This document shows positions 49,301-59,900 of a stretch of DNA of 64,000 bases, one piece after another. Origin of the DNA: Vicugna vicugna. Taxonomy: Eukaryota. Within the stretch, counting starts at the first letter, position 1; each line of letters starts with the position of its first letter. Under the pieces are notes generated by a model. It saw only the letters and a list, made by a program, of their open reading frames with translations. It did no database searches and was not told the origin of the DNA. The position numbers and the translations under genes are program-made. The stretch spans positions 868,001 through 932,000 of the forward strand of contig MU060486.1 in NCBI GenBank assembly GCA_013265495.1. The letters are read 5' to 3'.

Positions 49301-50864
49301 ATTATGTCGTTTAAGATGCTTTCTTGCTAGGAAAGACTCCCCACGGGTACCCTGGGGAGGAGGAGCTGGCCGGGGGGTCAGGACTGTGCTTCAGGGGACC
49401 CCTTGTTTACTTTCACGGCAATGTCTGTGCCCTTCGTCCGCTCTGCTGCAGCAGTGGATTCAGGGACGGGGGCTGTTCATCCTTCTAGGAAGCCTGAGCG
49501 TTGGCGTAATGGCCGCGTCAGCGGAATCCAAGTGCACGTTGTGACTTAGAGATGCGCACTCCGGGGGCGGCTGCTGCTTCTGTGAGGTGGGAACCCACCA
49601 GCTCCGAGCTTGCGGCCTGCTGTGAAGTGTTCAATGTCGCGTCTGTTGCTTGCTGAGTTGATTCTGTGAGTTCTGTGGCTTCTTGATCTTCGCTGTTCCT
49701 TCAAGGAGAGGGGCCAGGGCACTGGGTCTCGTGAGTGTCACGCGTTAATTCCCAGCTGGTTTCCTCCCCGCTTCTTGCGATCTTAGTGCTGAAGGGCTGA
49801 GGGCAGAGTGAATGGCGGCTCCATTTCCCAGCAGACATTTGCCGCACGGATGAGTCCAGACGTGTCCTACCTGCCGGCTGCAGGATCGTACCTCGCGGGC
49901 GGATTCAGCCATCTCACCCCGTCCTTCCTCGCGTGAGCGTCTCCAATTTTCAGAGAGCTTTGTAAGATGCAAAGGAAAGCCCTCGAATCTGCCGCCTCCA
50001 TCAGTTAACAATTTTACACCTAAACCTGACTGAGAAAGAGCCGTGTTCACACGAAGCTTCCTGGTAGTTACGGAAGTTTAGGTCTACACCAGGAGCACAG
50101 CGGGGGAACCCTGAAGTTTCCAGTCTCCCTGGTTCACTTTGACTCCGGGGGTAATGCAGAGGGACTTGCCACAAGCAGTAGTCTCCTTGGACACCCTATC
50201 CTGCAACTTTCCTTCTCCTCAGAATGCCCTCTTCCTGTGGTTGTTTCTTCATACCTTCTAGAGCTCTTCTCTCCCCCAAATTCCAAGCTGCTCTCTGACC
50301 ACTAATTTATGCTAAGTTGTAAATGACTGATAGCAGCCCGTGGGTAACGCACCAGCAGTGACAGGTCAGGGTCACTCCCAGAACTAGAGTGGTGCCACGT
50401 CTTCTGAAGGTCCCGTCCCACGTCCCATGGGACTCACACATCCTTCGTGATGCTCTTATTAACAGGGCCCAGGTCTTCTTTGTTTTCTTGAGTGACGTTC
50501 TAGCTCTCTTACTGAGTGAAACTCTGAAGAACCCACCGGCCACCAGCCGTGATGTGCAGACTCGGGGATCAGCAGCTGGAGACCAGCAGCTTGTCTGTAT
50601 GTTCTGTGTGCCGTGGGCTGTTGGAAGGGGGGTCCGTGTGGGAGGCACGTTTCTGAGCATTTTCTCTTCTCGTCCCGCACGTGGGATTGCCTCCCAGTCG
50701 TGAAATCATTGTACGCGATTAAGTACTTCCCACCCGCCACCCTCCCTGGTGCTGGGGAGTTGTCCTCCCTGTGCACCCGAGGGCCTCGCTGCCTCCCTTT
50801 GCCCCAACTCCCTTATCCAGAAGCAGACAGCAGTGCGTTGGCTTTTGGGTTGCATTTTCTTTAT

Positions 50865-50925
50865 TTCTCTCTCTCTCTCATCTATCTGTCTATCTATCTA
50901 TAATTTTTATATTGTATATATATAT

Positions 50926-50959
<34 letters not shown>

Positions 50960-50965
50960 GTATAT
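50865..50965. repeat. Compound microsatellite (CT)n-(TATC)n-(TA)n-(CA)n
   Basis: ttctctctctctctcatctatctgtctatctatctata...tatatatacacacacacacacacacacacg. Confidence 0.9.
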
Positions 50966-52475
50966 GTATTTTTTGCTTTCTTCCAAATGTTTGCTTACTG
51001 GTGAATGCTTCATAACCAAGATGAGACCAGACCATCCGATGTTCAGGTACCTTGAATGGTAACCAGTATCCAAGCACGCTGCTTTCATGAGGAATGTTGT
51101 TCAGTGGAGGGGCTGGCGACTCCAGTGTGCTCACAAATTATCTGATCCTTCCTGAGTTGCTTATAGTTCAGCAGTAATAGAGGAAAGGAAGGGCTCTGGG
51201 TGATCTTTCCTAATTAACTTTATTTGAATGAATTTCCATTGCTCCATCCCAGTGTGTGTAAACGCACATCCCTTTAACTTGTGAGAATTTCATCGAGTCA
51301 GCTCAGCTCATAAGAATTTCGTTTCAGAGGATAAGTTGAAATCTTCATATTAGACCAAGGAATAGTGAGAGTGGGGAGTTTTAAGTTCCACGGGATTTCA
51401 GAAATCTGACAACACACCCTCTAACCCAGGGTTGGCAGTTATGGGGCAAGACAGAGGTGGCCCTGCCGGCCCTTCCGCCCGGCCCGTGGGCGTTCCGGTG
51501 GCGTCCTGTTCCCCTGGGTCGGGCCTGTGCACCCTCCATCCTGGCCCTCTAAGCGGCGATGCGGATCCGTCACTGTGTTCAAACTCCAGCTCAAACCACA
51601 CGTTGATGGAGCAGTTAGCCATGATCTTAGCTCGCAAAGGACTGTCCCTTCTCCTCATGTTTCTATAGTCAGTATTGTACGCTTTAGAGAAGTAGAGCCT
51701 TGCTTTGTCCTCTGGTTGGTTGAGGCCATCACGTCTTTCCCAGCCTTCCATATCCCCGTGGAATTCTGTGCGTGGAAGGGATCTTCTGTCTTTCTCCAGC
51801 GCCTGGTGCGGAGGGACTCACGTTCACGCGTGTTCGCTGCTTGATCCTCGTGGCCCCGGCTGCAGATCCTGCGGGTATTGTTGGCCGGATGATTGACTTT
51901 TGTTTTTAAAAGCATAGCCTCCTGCTGTTTCATTTACACTCAGCATCCAGACGAATTGTTTTCCCGCCAGCCCCTCCCATGAACTTGCACAAACAAGGAG
52001 CTGCTTCCTCTCGAGGAGTCCAGGGGACTAAGCTGTGTGTCACGTCATGAGCAGAGGCCGCCAGCCCTCCTCCAGTCTCATCACGTAAGGTCAGGTGGAC
52101 ATTTCCTCTGAAGCGACACCAAGAGGGGCTTAAAGCCACCTTTACCTAAACACGTGGAACGTGCCCCTCATGCTGTTGCCGGGGACCAGGCTCTTGTCCC
52201 GCCGCAGAAAGACTTCAGAGACGGGACGCGGGGGTTAGGAAAGTGAAGTGGGGATTTGTTAAGGGCTGGACGGCACACTCTCAAGGGGAGGGCGGGCAGG
52301 CTCAGGCGAGTGGCTGCCCTGAGTCCCTCTGGCATGGTGGTTACACAGGGTGTAGAAATGAGTGGGCGGAGCAGTCACTGGGGAGGGAAGGGCCTGGGGT
52401 CGCATCCCCTGATTTTCCTCCCAGCTCCCCCTTCCCGAGGGGAGGAGGGATTTCTGTCCTTATTTAGTCTGGATC

Positions 52476-52541
52476 NNNNNNNNNNNNNNNNNNNNNNNNN
52501 NNNNNNNNNNNNNNNNNNNNNNNNNNNNNNNNNNNNNNNNN
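52476..52541. other. Assembly gap (66 N)
   Basis: Run of N. Confidence 1.
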
Positions 52542-52819
52542 CAGAATGAGCCGAGGTTACAGTCAGGCACTGGAGATTCCTGCCTTTTCCCACCTTTCTT
52601 TGTCGGCCTCCAGGGCACTTGTCACCCCAAAATGTGTGATTTCCTATCCTCCCAGAGGTTCCGGCTTTTCTTTCTCTGCCCGGGGACCGCTGGTGCTCAC
52701 ATGATGCAGGGTTTCCTGCATGTGGCTGGGGCCCCTCCTTCCTGCCCCGTTCCTGCCGTGTGTCCTGCGTCCCCGGTTCTCTGCTCGCACCTGGCTGTCT
52801 GCCTGCACTAACCATACCT

Positions 52820-52938
52820 ACCAGAGGTTCTCAGTGTTACTGATATTGGAAATCCGGGCTAGGATTAAGACTTTTATTCACTTCAAGACCAACCCCAGAT
52901 CAGCATTTTTTGGGGGAAGCCAGTTGGAGAAACCTCAT
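52820..52938. mobile_element. Short hAT-Charlie (MER5/MER3-like) fragment (tentative)
   Basis: cagaggttctca...cagttggagaaacc gives terminal-inverted-repeat-like ends of the MER5 family. Confidence 0.35.
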
Positions 52939-53288
52939 CTTTCAGCGACAGGCATCTCTGGGCATGTTCTCTGCTTAGCCAAACAGGGCGGCTCCTTATT
53001 TCCAAAATTTGGACAGAAGATTGTCAGCACAGTATTTCTAATATGACGGAGAATTTCTCCTCTTCACCTCGGATACTCTGCTGCTTGCCTGCGGTAAGCA
53101 TGGCCTTGCACTACCTGTACTGAGGACAAAGCAACAGAGACTTAGTACCACCCATGTCTAGCGACCACGTGACTCGCGGCCAACCTAGACGCTGAGGGAG
53201 TGAAAGGAGCTGCCGCAGTCCTGCCGGGACGAGGGGCGTAGGCGGGGACTTCCCAGGGACGCTCTGGGCGGACGGTCACCCCACACAC

Positions 53289-53767
53289 TGTGTTAGTTTC
53301 TCACGCCAGCTGTAACTGACTGCCATCAACCTGGTGGCTTGAAACAAGAGGAACGTCTTGTCTCCCACTCCAGAGGCGGGAGGCCCACCGTCAGCAATGC
53401 TGGGCCGAGGTCTGCGGGTTGGCAGGACTGCTCTCCAGCGACAGCCGTGGAGGGTCTGTTTCCTGCCTGGCCGTCCAGCTTCTGGTGCCCACCGGCGCCC
53501 CCGGGCCTGGGACTGCTCCTCTCCGGTCTCTGCGTCTGGTCACAGAGCTTCCTCCTTTCCATCTTTTTTTTAGGAAAGCTCCCTCTGCCTTCCCTGTGTA
53601 AAGGAAACCGGTGAGGGCAGGTAGGGCCCCCAGGATAACCCAAGCTAATTGCTCAATTTTAACTTAATCGCATCTGCGAAGACCCTCCACCTTTATTTTT
53701 TAATGTAAAGTGGTATTTACAACCCCCAGGCATTAGGACCAGAAGCCACTGTTCTGTCTGCTCACCA
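53289..53767 (-). mobile_element. MLT1 (ERVL-MaLR) solo LTR, MLT1C/D-like
   Basis: tgtgttagtttctc...ggtggcttgaaacaagagg...ccagcttctggtg...ttaacttaatcgcatctgcgaagaccct...cattaggacc follows the reverse MLT1 consensus. Confidence 0.85.
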
Positions 53768-53770
53768 CCC

Positions 53771-53784
53771 CTGCCCTCTAGTGT
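53771..53784 (-). promoter_or_regulatory. Candidate CTCF motif
   Basis: Minus strand ACACTAGAGGGCAG differs from the CCASYAGRKGGCRS core only at the first position. Confidence 0.35.
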
Positions 53785-55899
53785 TCACGATGTTACTCGG
53801 GGTGCAGGTACACCCTCGGGGATTAGAGCCGCGTCAGGAGGTACACAGGCTCCGTGCCTCCTGCGGGCACCGGCCGCAGGATGGGGCTGGGGCAGCCTTG
53901 CCCTTAAAGAAGAGACGGAGTTTGGAGGGCTGAGAATACGCTGCAGACAGACACGGCCGAGCAGAGGTCTGGGGAGGGGCGAGCGGGATGTCCGGGCGGC
54001 ATAAAGGAGCCCACTGCCTCGAAAGCAGAGTGTGCGTGTGGAGTAGCGGGATGCGTGTGGGGCCCGGCCGACGTCGGAGCGTCGGTCTCTCCTGAGGCCG
54101 AGCTCCCCACACTCCCCTGCGGGGTACAGGGAGGCTCCGTCAGTTCATCCCCTTGGCATTTCCACGGTTCATCTTTCCTGTTTCCCTTTGATCACTTCTG
54201 CAACTTTGCTTCGCGTCCCATCCGGTCCACCCACCCTGTCTGGCAGGGTGTCTGCATCGCTGCGTCTCTGCACCTCTGCTCTTCTGGCTTGCTTGGCAGG
54301 CTGCTCTGAAGAAGGGACGGTGGTGTTTGTCTGTGTCTCCAGGACGATCAGCGCAGGGAGTGACCTGCGGGAGAGGCTCCCCGAGCACTTCCCGAGTGAG
54401 CAGAGCCTTAGACCTGCCCCAGGGACCCCGAGACTCGGTCGGGGATCGTCGGGGATTGGAGTCGCGCTGGTGGTACCTGGTCTTCGTCAGGTCCTCACCT
54501 GCCAAGGACGAGTTTGCAACGCCTTCGGCTCCAGCTGGGCCAGCCCTAGGTTCACCCCTCGTTGGCTTGGGGGCAAGTACCGAAAGCATCCGTGTTGGAA
54601 GCTGTACACGGTGTGTTCTTTCTGGAGCTGTTCGTAGGTGGTGATTCTCCTTTGTCAATTTCAAGTATATTTTCTCACTAAGAAGTGAGAAATTCGTATT
54701 AACCCACTTTCACAATCTACCCATTTTCTCTCGTTGTGCCTTCAGGCTGTTGGGAGGCACGGGGTGGCTCCCTTGATCCTGACGGCCTGTGCGTGATGTT
54801 GGCTTCTGGTGGATGTAATTAAAGGCAACTTAAGGAGAAGAAATTAGGCGTCTGCCTGTTAATAATCAAAGTGATGTTCGTAAGTGGCTCCGCCACCCCC
54901 GGCGCCCAGACCCGACCCCGAGGGCTGTCCATCAGAGCAGGACAGACCGTCAGCGCCGCACAGCGGAGGGGGCCGGGGCAGCCGCTCCGTGGGCCCCGAC
55001 AACAGATTACTTCCGAGTCAGACCTCTGACGATGGCTGCAGAGCTGTGTCTCTGCTCTGCGTAACGAAGCTGCATGCAGTGTTACCATTAGGAGCCTTGC
55101 CATCTCCCAGGCAGGAGCAGCCAGCATGGGGCTGGCCGGCAGCGCCGGGCAGCGCGGGGTGGTGACAAACAGGCACTCATAAGGGGAAGAGGTGAATTCC
55201 GGGCCATCAGTGGAATAAGGCTGTAATTACCTCCCGCTCAAAGGCCATAAACACGATGACCCCACGCTGCTTCCCCCAGGCCTCTTGTGTTTCCTCCTGC
55301 TGACGCGGCTCAGAGACCTCCCTTCCCGCCGCCTGAAGCCGCGGCCTGAGACGCGCGGAGACCAGCGCGGAGCAGGGCGGCTCTGCTCCCCAAGCCTCCA
55401 GGGTGTAGCTTGTTTTACGCCGTTTACGACGGCTGCGTCTGTCAGACGTGCGACGCAGACGTCGGGTGAGCTTCAGACCCTGGAAGTACCCGGGAAGGAA
55501 GCCAGGATGCCGCCAGGGGAGCGGGCACCGCAGAGCACAGCCGGCTTCGTGGTCGGGGCGCAGGCCAGGAGTTAACCGCCCGCCAGCGCCAGGGCTGAGA
55601 CGTTACATGTGACCAGCAGAGTTCCTCGTACAGGTCTTCTTCCCTTTCCCCTGTAGAGTGACATTCCTCTGACCCAGTCACCCCCTTGACCAGCAATATT
55701 TAGATGTTAGGGCAGAGGGGCCCACAGTGGCCGCCATGGGGAGGGGGTCTGGCTCCGATCACATTTCTCTTTGATCAACAGCCGTAGAGGAAGGAATAGT
55801 GGCAACTCGTCCCGGGGAGACCTTGAGCGTCAGGGTCTGACGCGGACACGTGCACGTCTGTTTAAGGAAGAACTTGCCGCGGGACGTGCGCTCGGCTTC

Positions 55900-56030
55900 C
55901 CCTTCTCCTGCCGTTCTTACTCCTCCGTCTCCTTCCCTCTTCCCCAGTTTGCTCATCCCTCCCTCTGCCTCCTCCTCCTCCTGCTCTTCTCTGCGTTTCT
56001 TCCTCGCTGCCTCTCTGCTCCGTCTGAGAC
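55900..56030 (+). repeat. Long polypyrimidine (CT-rich) low-complexity tract
   Basis: About 130 nt of mostly C/T, including (CCT)n runs. Confidence 0.85.
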
Positions 56031-56395
56031 TCGATCCAGAGTGAACAGTGGGAAGCCAGGAGAACTGAGCTCAAGTCCCGAAGCTGTCATTGCCCGCAAG
56101 TGTGATGCGGGGCAAGCTGACTAATTAAACTGGGCCCTAGGTTACTCACTAAAATTGGAGGAAGGAGGAGGGAAGAGGGGAGGGGCCCACGGGGGGCAGG
56201 AGGGGGCGGGGAGGAGGTGATAATAACACCCGTTCCGCTACAGTAATAAAGTGTGGCCGTCGTGAGAATCTGGGGAGATTGGGTCTACGAAGGCCTCTGT
56301 GAGCTGTGTAGAACTCTACGAACGTGACTTGTTTTTTCTAACCTCCTAATAAATGTTTTCAGGAATTTTTCTAGGATTTAGAGCGAGGCACGTTA

Positions 56396-56416
56396 AAAAA
56401 GAAAGAAAGAAAGAAA
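56396..56416. repeat. (GAAA)n short repeat
   Basis: aaaaagaaagaaagaaagaaa. Confidence 0.85.
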
Positions 56417-56936
56417 CCACAGGCCATGCTCTAAACAAACTGGGTTTCTCATTTTGCACTTACCAGGAGGAAGAGGCTGCCACTCCTTGCTAATAGCCCA
56501 TTTGTCTTGCAAATTTCTAGAATGAACAGATTTTGGAATAAACGCCACATAATCTGTGATGACAGGCCTCTCATCTCTTTTTTATTAGCTCAGTCTTCCC
56601 AGCGTCTGAGCCACGCAGCGCCAGCACCACTTTGATCACTCAGGCGGCGGGGCCGCGTGCGTCTCCCCCGCTCACGGGCACGGAGCCGGGTCCCCCGCCA
56701 GGCTCTCGTTACGTACGGAGCCCGGGTTCTGGCCGCCAAATGCACCTGGCTGGTCGGAAAAGAAAACCAACAGGAACCACACGGCCTCTGCGCCTGCGTG
56801 TCCTTCTCCCCACTGACCTCCACCTGCTCATGTTTAACGCCTGAATTTGACTCGGAGCTTGTGGGGAACTTGACTTGCGTGAAACACCCCTTTGCTTAAA
56901 ACAGGTGGTCTCCGTGGGGCAGTGTGACGCGGTCAG

Positions 56937-56986
56937 CACTAACCTCTCTCTCCGCCCTCCTCCCTTTTGTCTTCCCCTAGGTAAGT
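56937..56986 (+). other. Candidate recursive splice site (3'ss immediately followed by consensus 5'ss)
   Basis: CACTAAC (56937-56943), 36-nt tract with 34 pyrimidines and no AG, TAG (56978-56980), then GTAAGT (56981-56986). Confidence 0.6.
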
Positions 56987-59900
56987 GACGTTTGATTATT
57001 GTTTTGAGCATCTTCGAGAGAGAGCTCAGAGGCTGACCCAAGTCTCGGTTCCCATGGAAGGAAGTTTTTGGCCGGTCACTGGCCACCCGCCCAGGTGTCC
57101 CCGCGGCGTGAAGGGGCGCACGGAGGTATGGCCGTTCACTGCTTCTGGGGTTGCGTCTGCTCGTGCTGAAGGAGCTGTGAGCGCTGGGTCGGTGTCGGGG
57201 ATGCAAACAGGGAAGTTGCTGGGAGGTGGTGCCGAGAGGCGGGCGCGTCGCCTCTGTGCGTACGGGGCTCCTGAATTCTGTTGCTCTCCTCACTGAAAAT
57301 GGACTTCATAAAGCATCTAACTGTAGTTCTGCTGAGGACTCCACAGATAGCGTCTGCCTGTTGTTGGAAGAACACAGGTTCACGTATATTTTGTGTGTGC
57401 ACCAGCTGGGGCCGCGACTCGGTCTGAGAAAAATCACTCAGTTCCGTCTTCCCAGATGGTGGCCTTTGGCAGGCTTGAGCATATGGTCGAAACGCCGCAT
57501 AAAACATGAGGAGAAGTGCAGGGGGCCGTGGCTGATGCGGTCCCGGGGACGATGGTGCTCCGTGCTGCTGTGTCTGTAGCTTCTGCTGCCCTGAGTCAGT
57601 GCAGGGCTGTTCTGTCAGTGCTGGGCTCAGACGCCTCAGTGGACCGTCAAGGGGCCGTGTGGGTTGTGAGTCCCGCCCTAGAGCCTGGAGGGTCTTCTCC
57701 GCAGGTCGTGAGGGTCAGACGAGGGCTGGGTGACAAGGGCTGAGTCTGCACCAGGAGAGGCCACGACGGTATTGTAAACAGGCAACCCCCGACCTCGATC
57801 TATACACAAGGCAGGTGCAGCTGCAGTGCATTTTGAGAATTTCCCCTGGACACCCCTCGGCCCGCTGAAGTGGTGGGAACCTGAGCAGGTGTGGCTGAGG
57901 GAAATCTCTCGCTCTGACTTGAGGGGAAGGCAGACTCTTCCTCATGTCCCTGCGTCTCCGCCGTTCGCTGACACCGGTTCACGTTCTAGGATCGTCTGTT
58001 ACTCCCTTTATTGGGCTAAACTCGTGGAGCATCCCTGTCTACTTGTTAAAAGACAAAAACAGTAAAATGATGGTTCACGCACAGGTAGAGAACGAGCAGT
58101 TTCATTTAACTCGCCGTCATTCAGAAGGAAACCGGCCGATGGCGCGTGTGCTTCGAAGCGGAAGTCAAGCAAGTGCAGACGCACATGGGACGAAGGGAAC
58201 TGAAACCAGTTTCCAAATGGACACGAAACTGGCCTTCTCGCGACGTTGGGGGCGGGGGAGGGGTCTGACAGACCTGCACCTGATGGAACTCACCTCCTTG
58301 TCTGCAGACAGAACTACTTTGCATTGCCACCAATTACCCGTGATTTACAGAGTCATGAAAGAACTCAGAAGCAGGGGAAGTCCGGAACGGGGCAGCCCAG
58401 CAGGCGATGTGCTGTTTTCCATGAGAGGCACCTGGGGGTCTTTTTGGCTTATTTCTAATTTCCTCACAGACCCAAGAGTGTAGGTTTTTGAACAGGAGTT
58501 CGTCGTGCACCTTATTTTCAGATTCTATCTGGTGTCCCTATTGACTCAAGGTCAGGTCTGCGCCAAGTCTGGGACGTCAGACGGTACAGCCTCCCTCTGA
58601 CGGAAGCACGCCTACTGCCATGTTCTGTGACTTCCCTGGAATGCCCGGTTTTACCGCTGCTGTAAAAGAAACTTTAGTATTTCCCCGAAAAAGTACAGAT
58701 TCTTAAGAGACATTTGTTCAATGAACGGGATCTTTAAAGCTGAGCATTAGCTAGGACGTCCTTTTTTCATTGGTTATTGGTTCAAGGACCTCGTCAAAGG
58801 GCCCCCCCAGTGGAAGAAGCTGGATTTGGAACTGCCCGTTTGCAGTCAGCCCCTCTGCCCTTGACACACGTCTTGTCCACGTGAATTCACCTGCCTAAGC
58901 AGGGCGGTGTCCGCAGGCCTCATGCCGGGTTAAGGTCAGGGGGACTGTTCCTCGGCCGTGGCACGTTGCATCTCAGCTCCGTGACGGCCTCTGCCAGATG
59001 TGGACATGCTTTAAGGTGTCTCATTCACCTGCCTGGGGGCACCTCCCAGCTCCCAGCGGGAGCAGGGGCCAGCGGGGAAGGTGCTCGGTCTGAAGGGGCA
59101 GAGAGGTCGGACTGGCTGGACGCCTCCTCCGTGCAGCACCGTGGTGGCAGCCCCAGTCACAAGCTCTGGGCCGTGGGTGCGACTGCCTCTGGCAGACGTG
59201 AGCGGGGGCTCCCTGCGGCCCGTTTGCCTCTGCAGACTCTGCCTCGCGCTGTCGTCACGGATGCGGACCCGGCGTGGTCCGTCCGGAGCTGGGCCCCACG
59301 TGGACCCACGGTGACGGCCCTGCTCCCCCACCCACAGCCTCCCAGGAAGTCGGGTCGTTCCCCAGTTAGCAGCTCCCTGAGGTCTCCCCGCCTCCTCTCA
59401 CATAGGAGGCCCAGCTGTGCTCCTGAGGGAAGTCTGAAAGGCCTGTTCCAGTATTTTTCTTGCTCATAAACCATCTGGAGTTTTTTGGGTTTTTTTTTTT
59501 TTGTCTCTTTCTGAGGTTTTTTCTTTGAGGGCGTAAGGAGGAAGCGCCCACCGAGAGCAGACTCAGCGGAGACGTCCCGCGGGGCCCTGCTCGGTGGGCG
59601 CCTGGGTGCCACCGGAGTCGCCGGGCGGGTCTCTCCCGGAGGACTTGGGAACCGCCCTGACACAGCTCAGCCTGAGCTCCTCTCCTTCGGGGTAAACTGG
59701 AACCGGAAGGTTCCGCTGACTCAGGCGATGCAGTTGGCCAGCGGTGCCGCTGAGCCAGGCTGTTTGCGCTGTCTCCTCTTCCCTCGCGTCTCCACGGCGG
59801 GTGCGATGTGAGGGGAGAGCCTGACTGCTGGTCGTGAACTGGTTAGGAGCTGGTTTGTGCTGCCCGTTGCATGAAGGACCCCAGATCTCGAGGGCGAGCA

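Noticed and set aside
52471-52475. GGATC immediately before a gap (possible restriction or scaffolding scar)
   Set aside because: Single occurrence; the other three gaps lack it.
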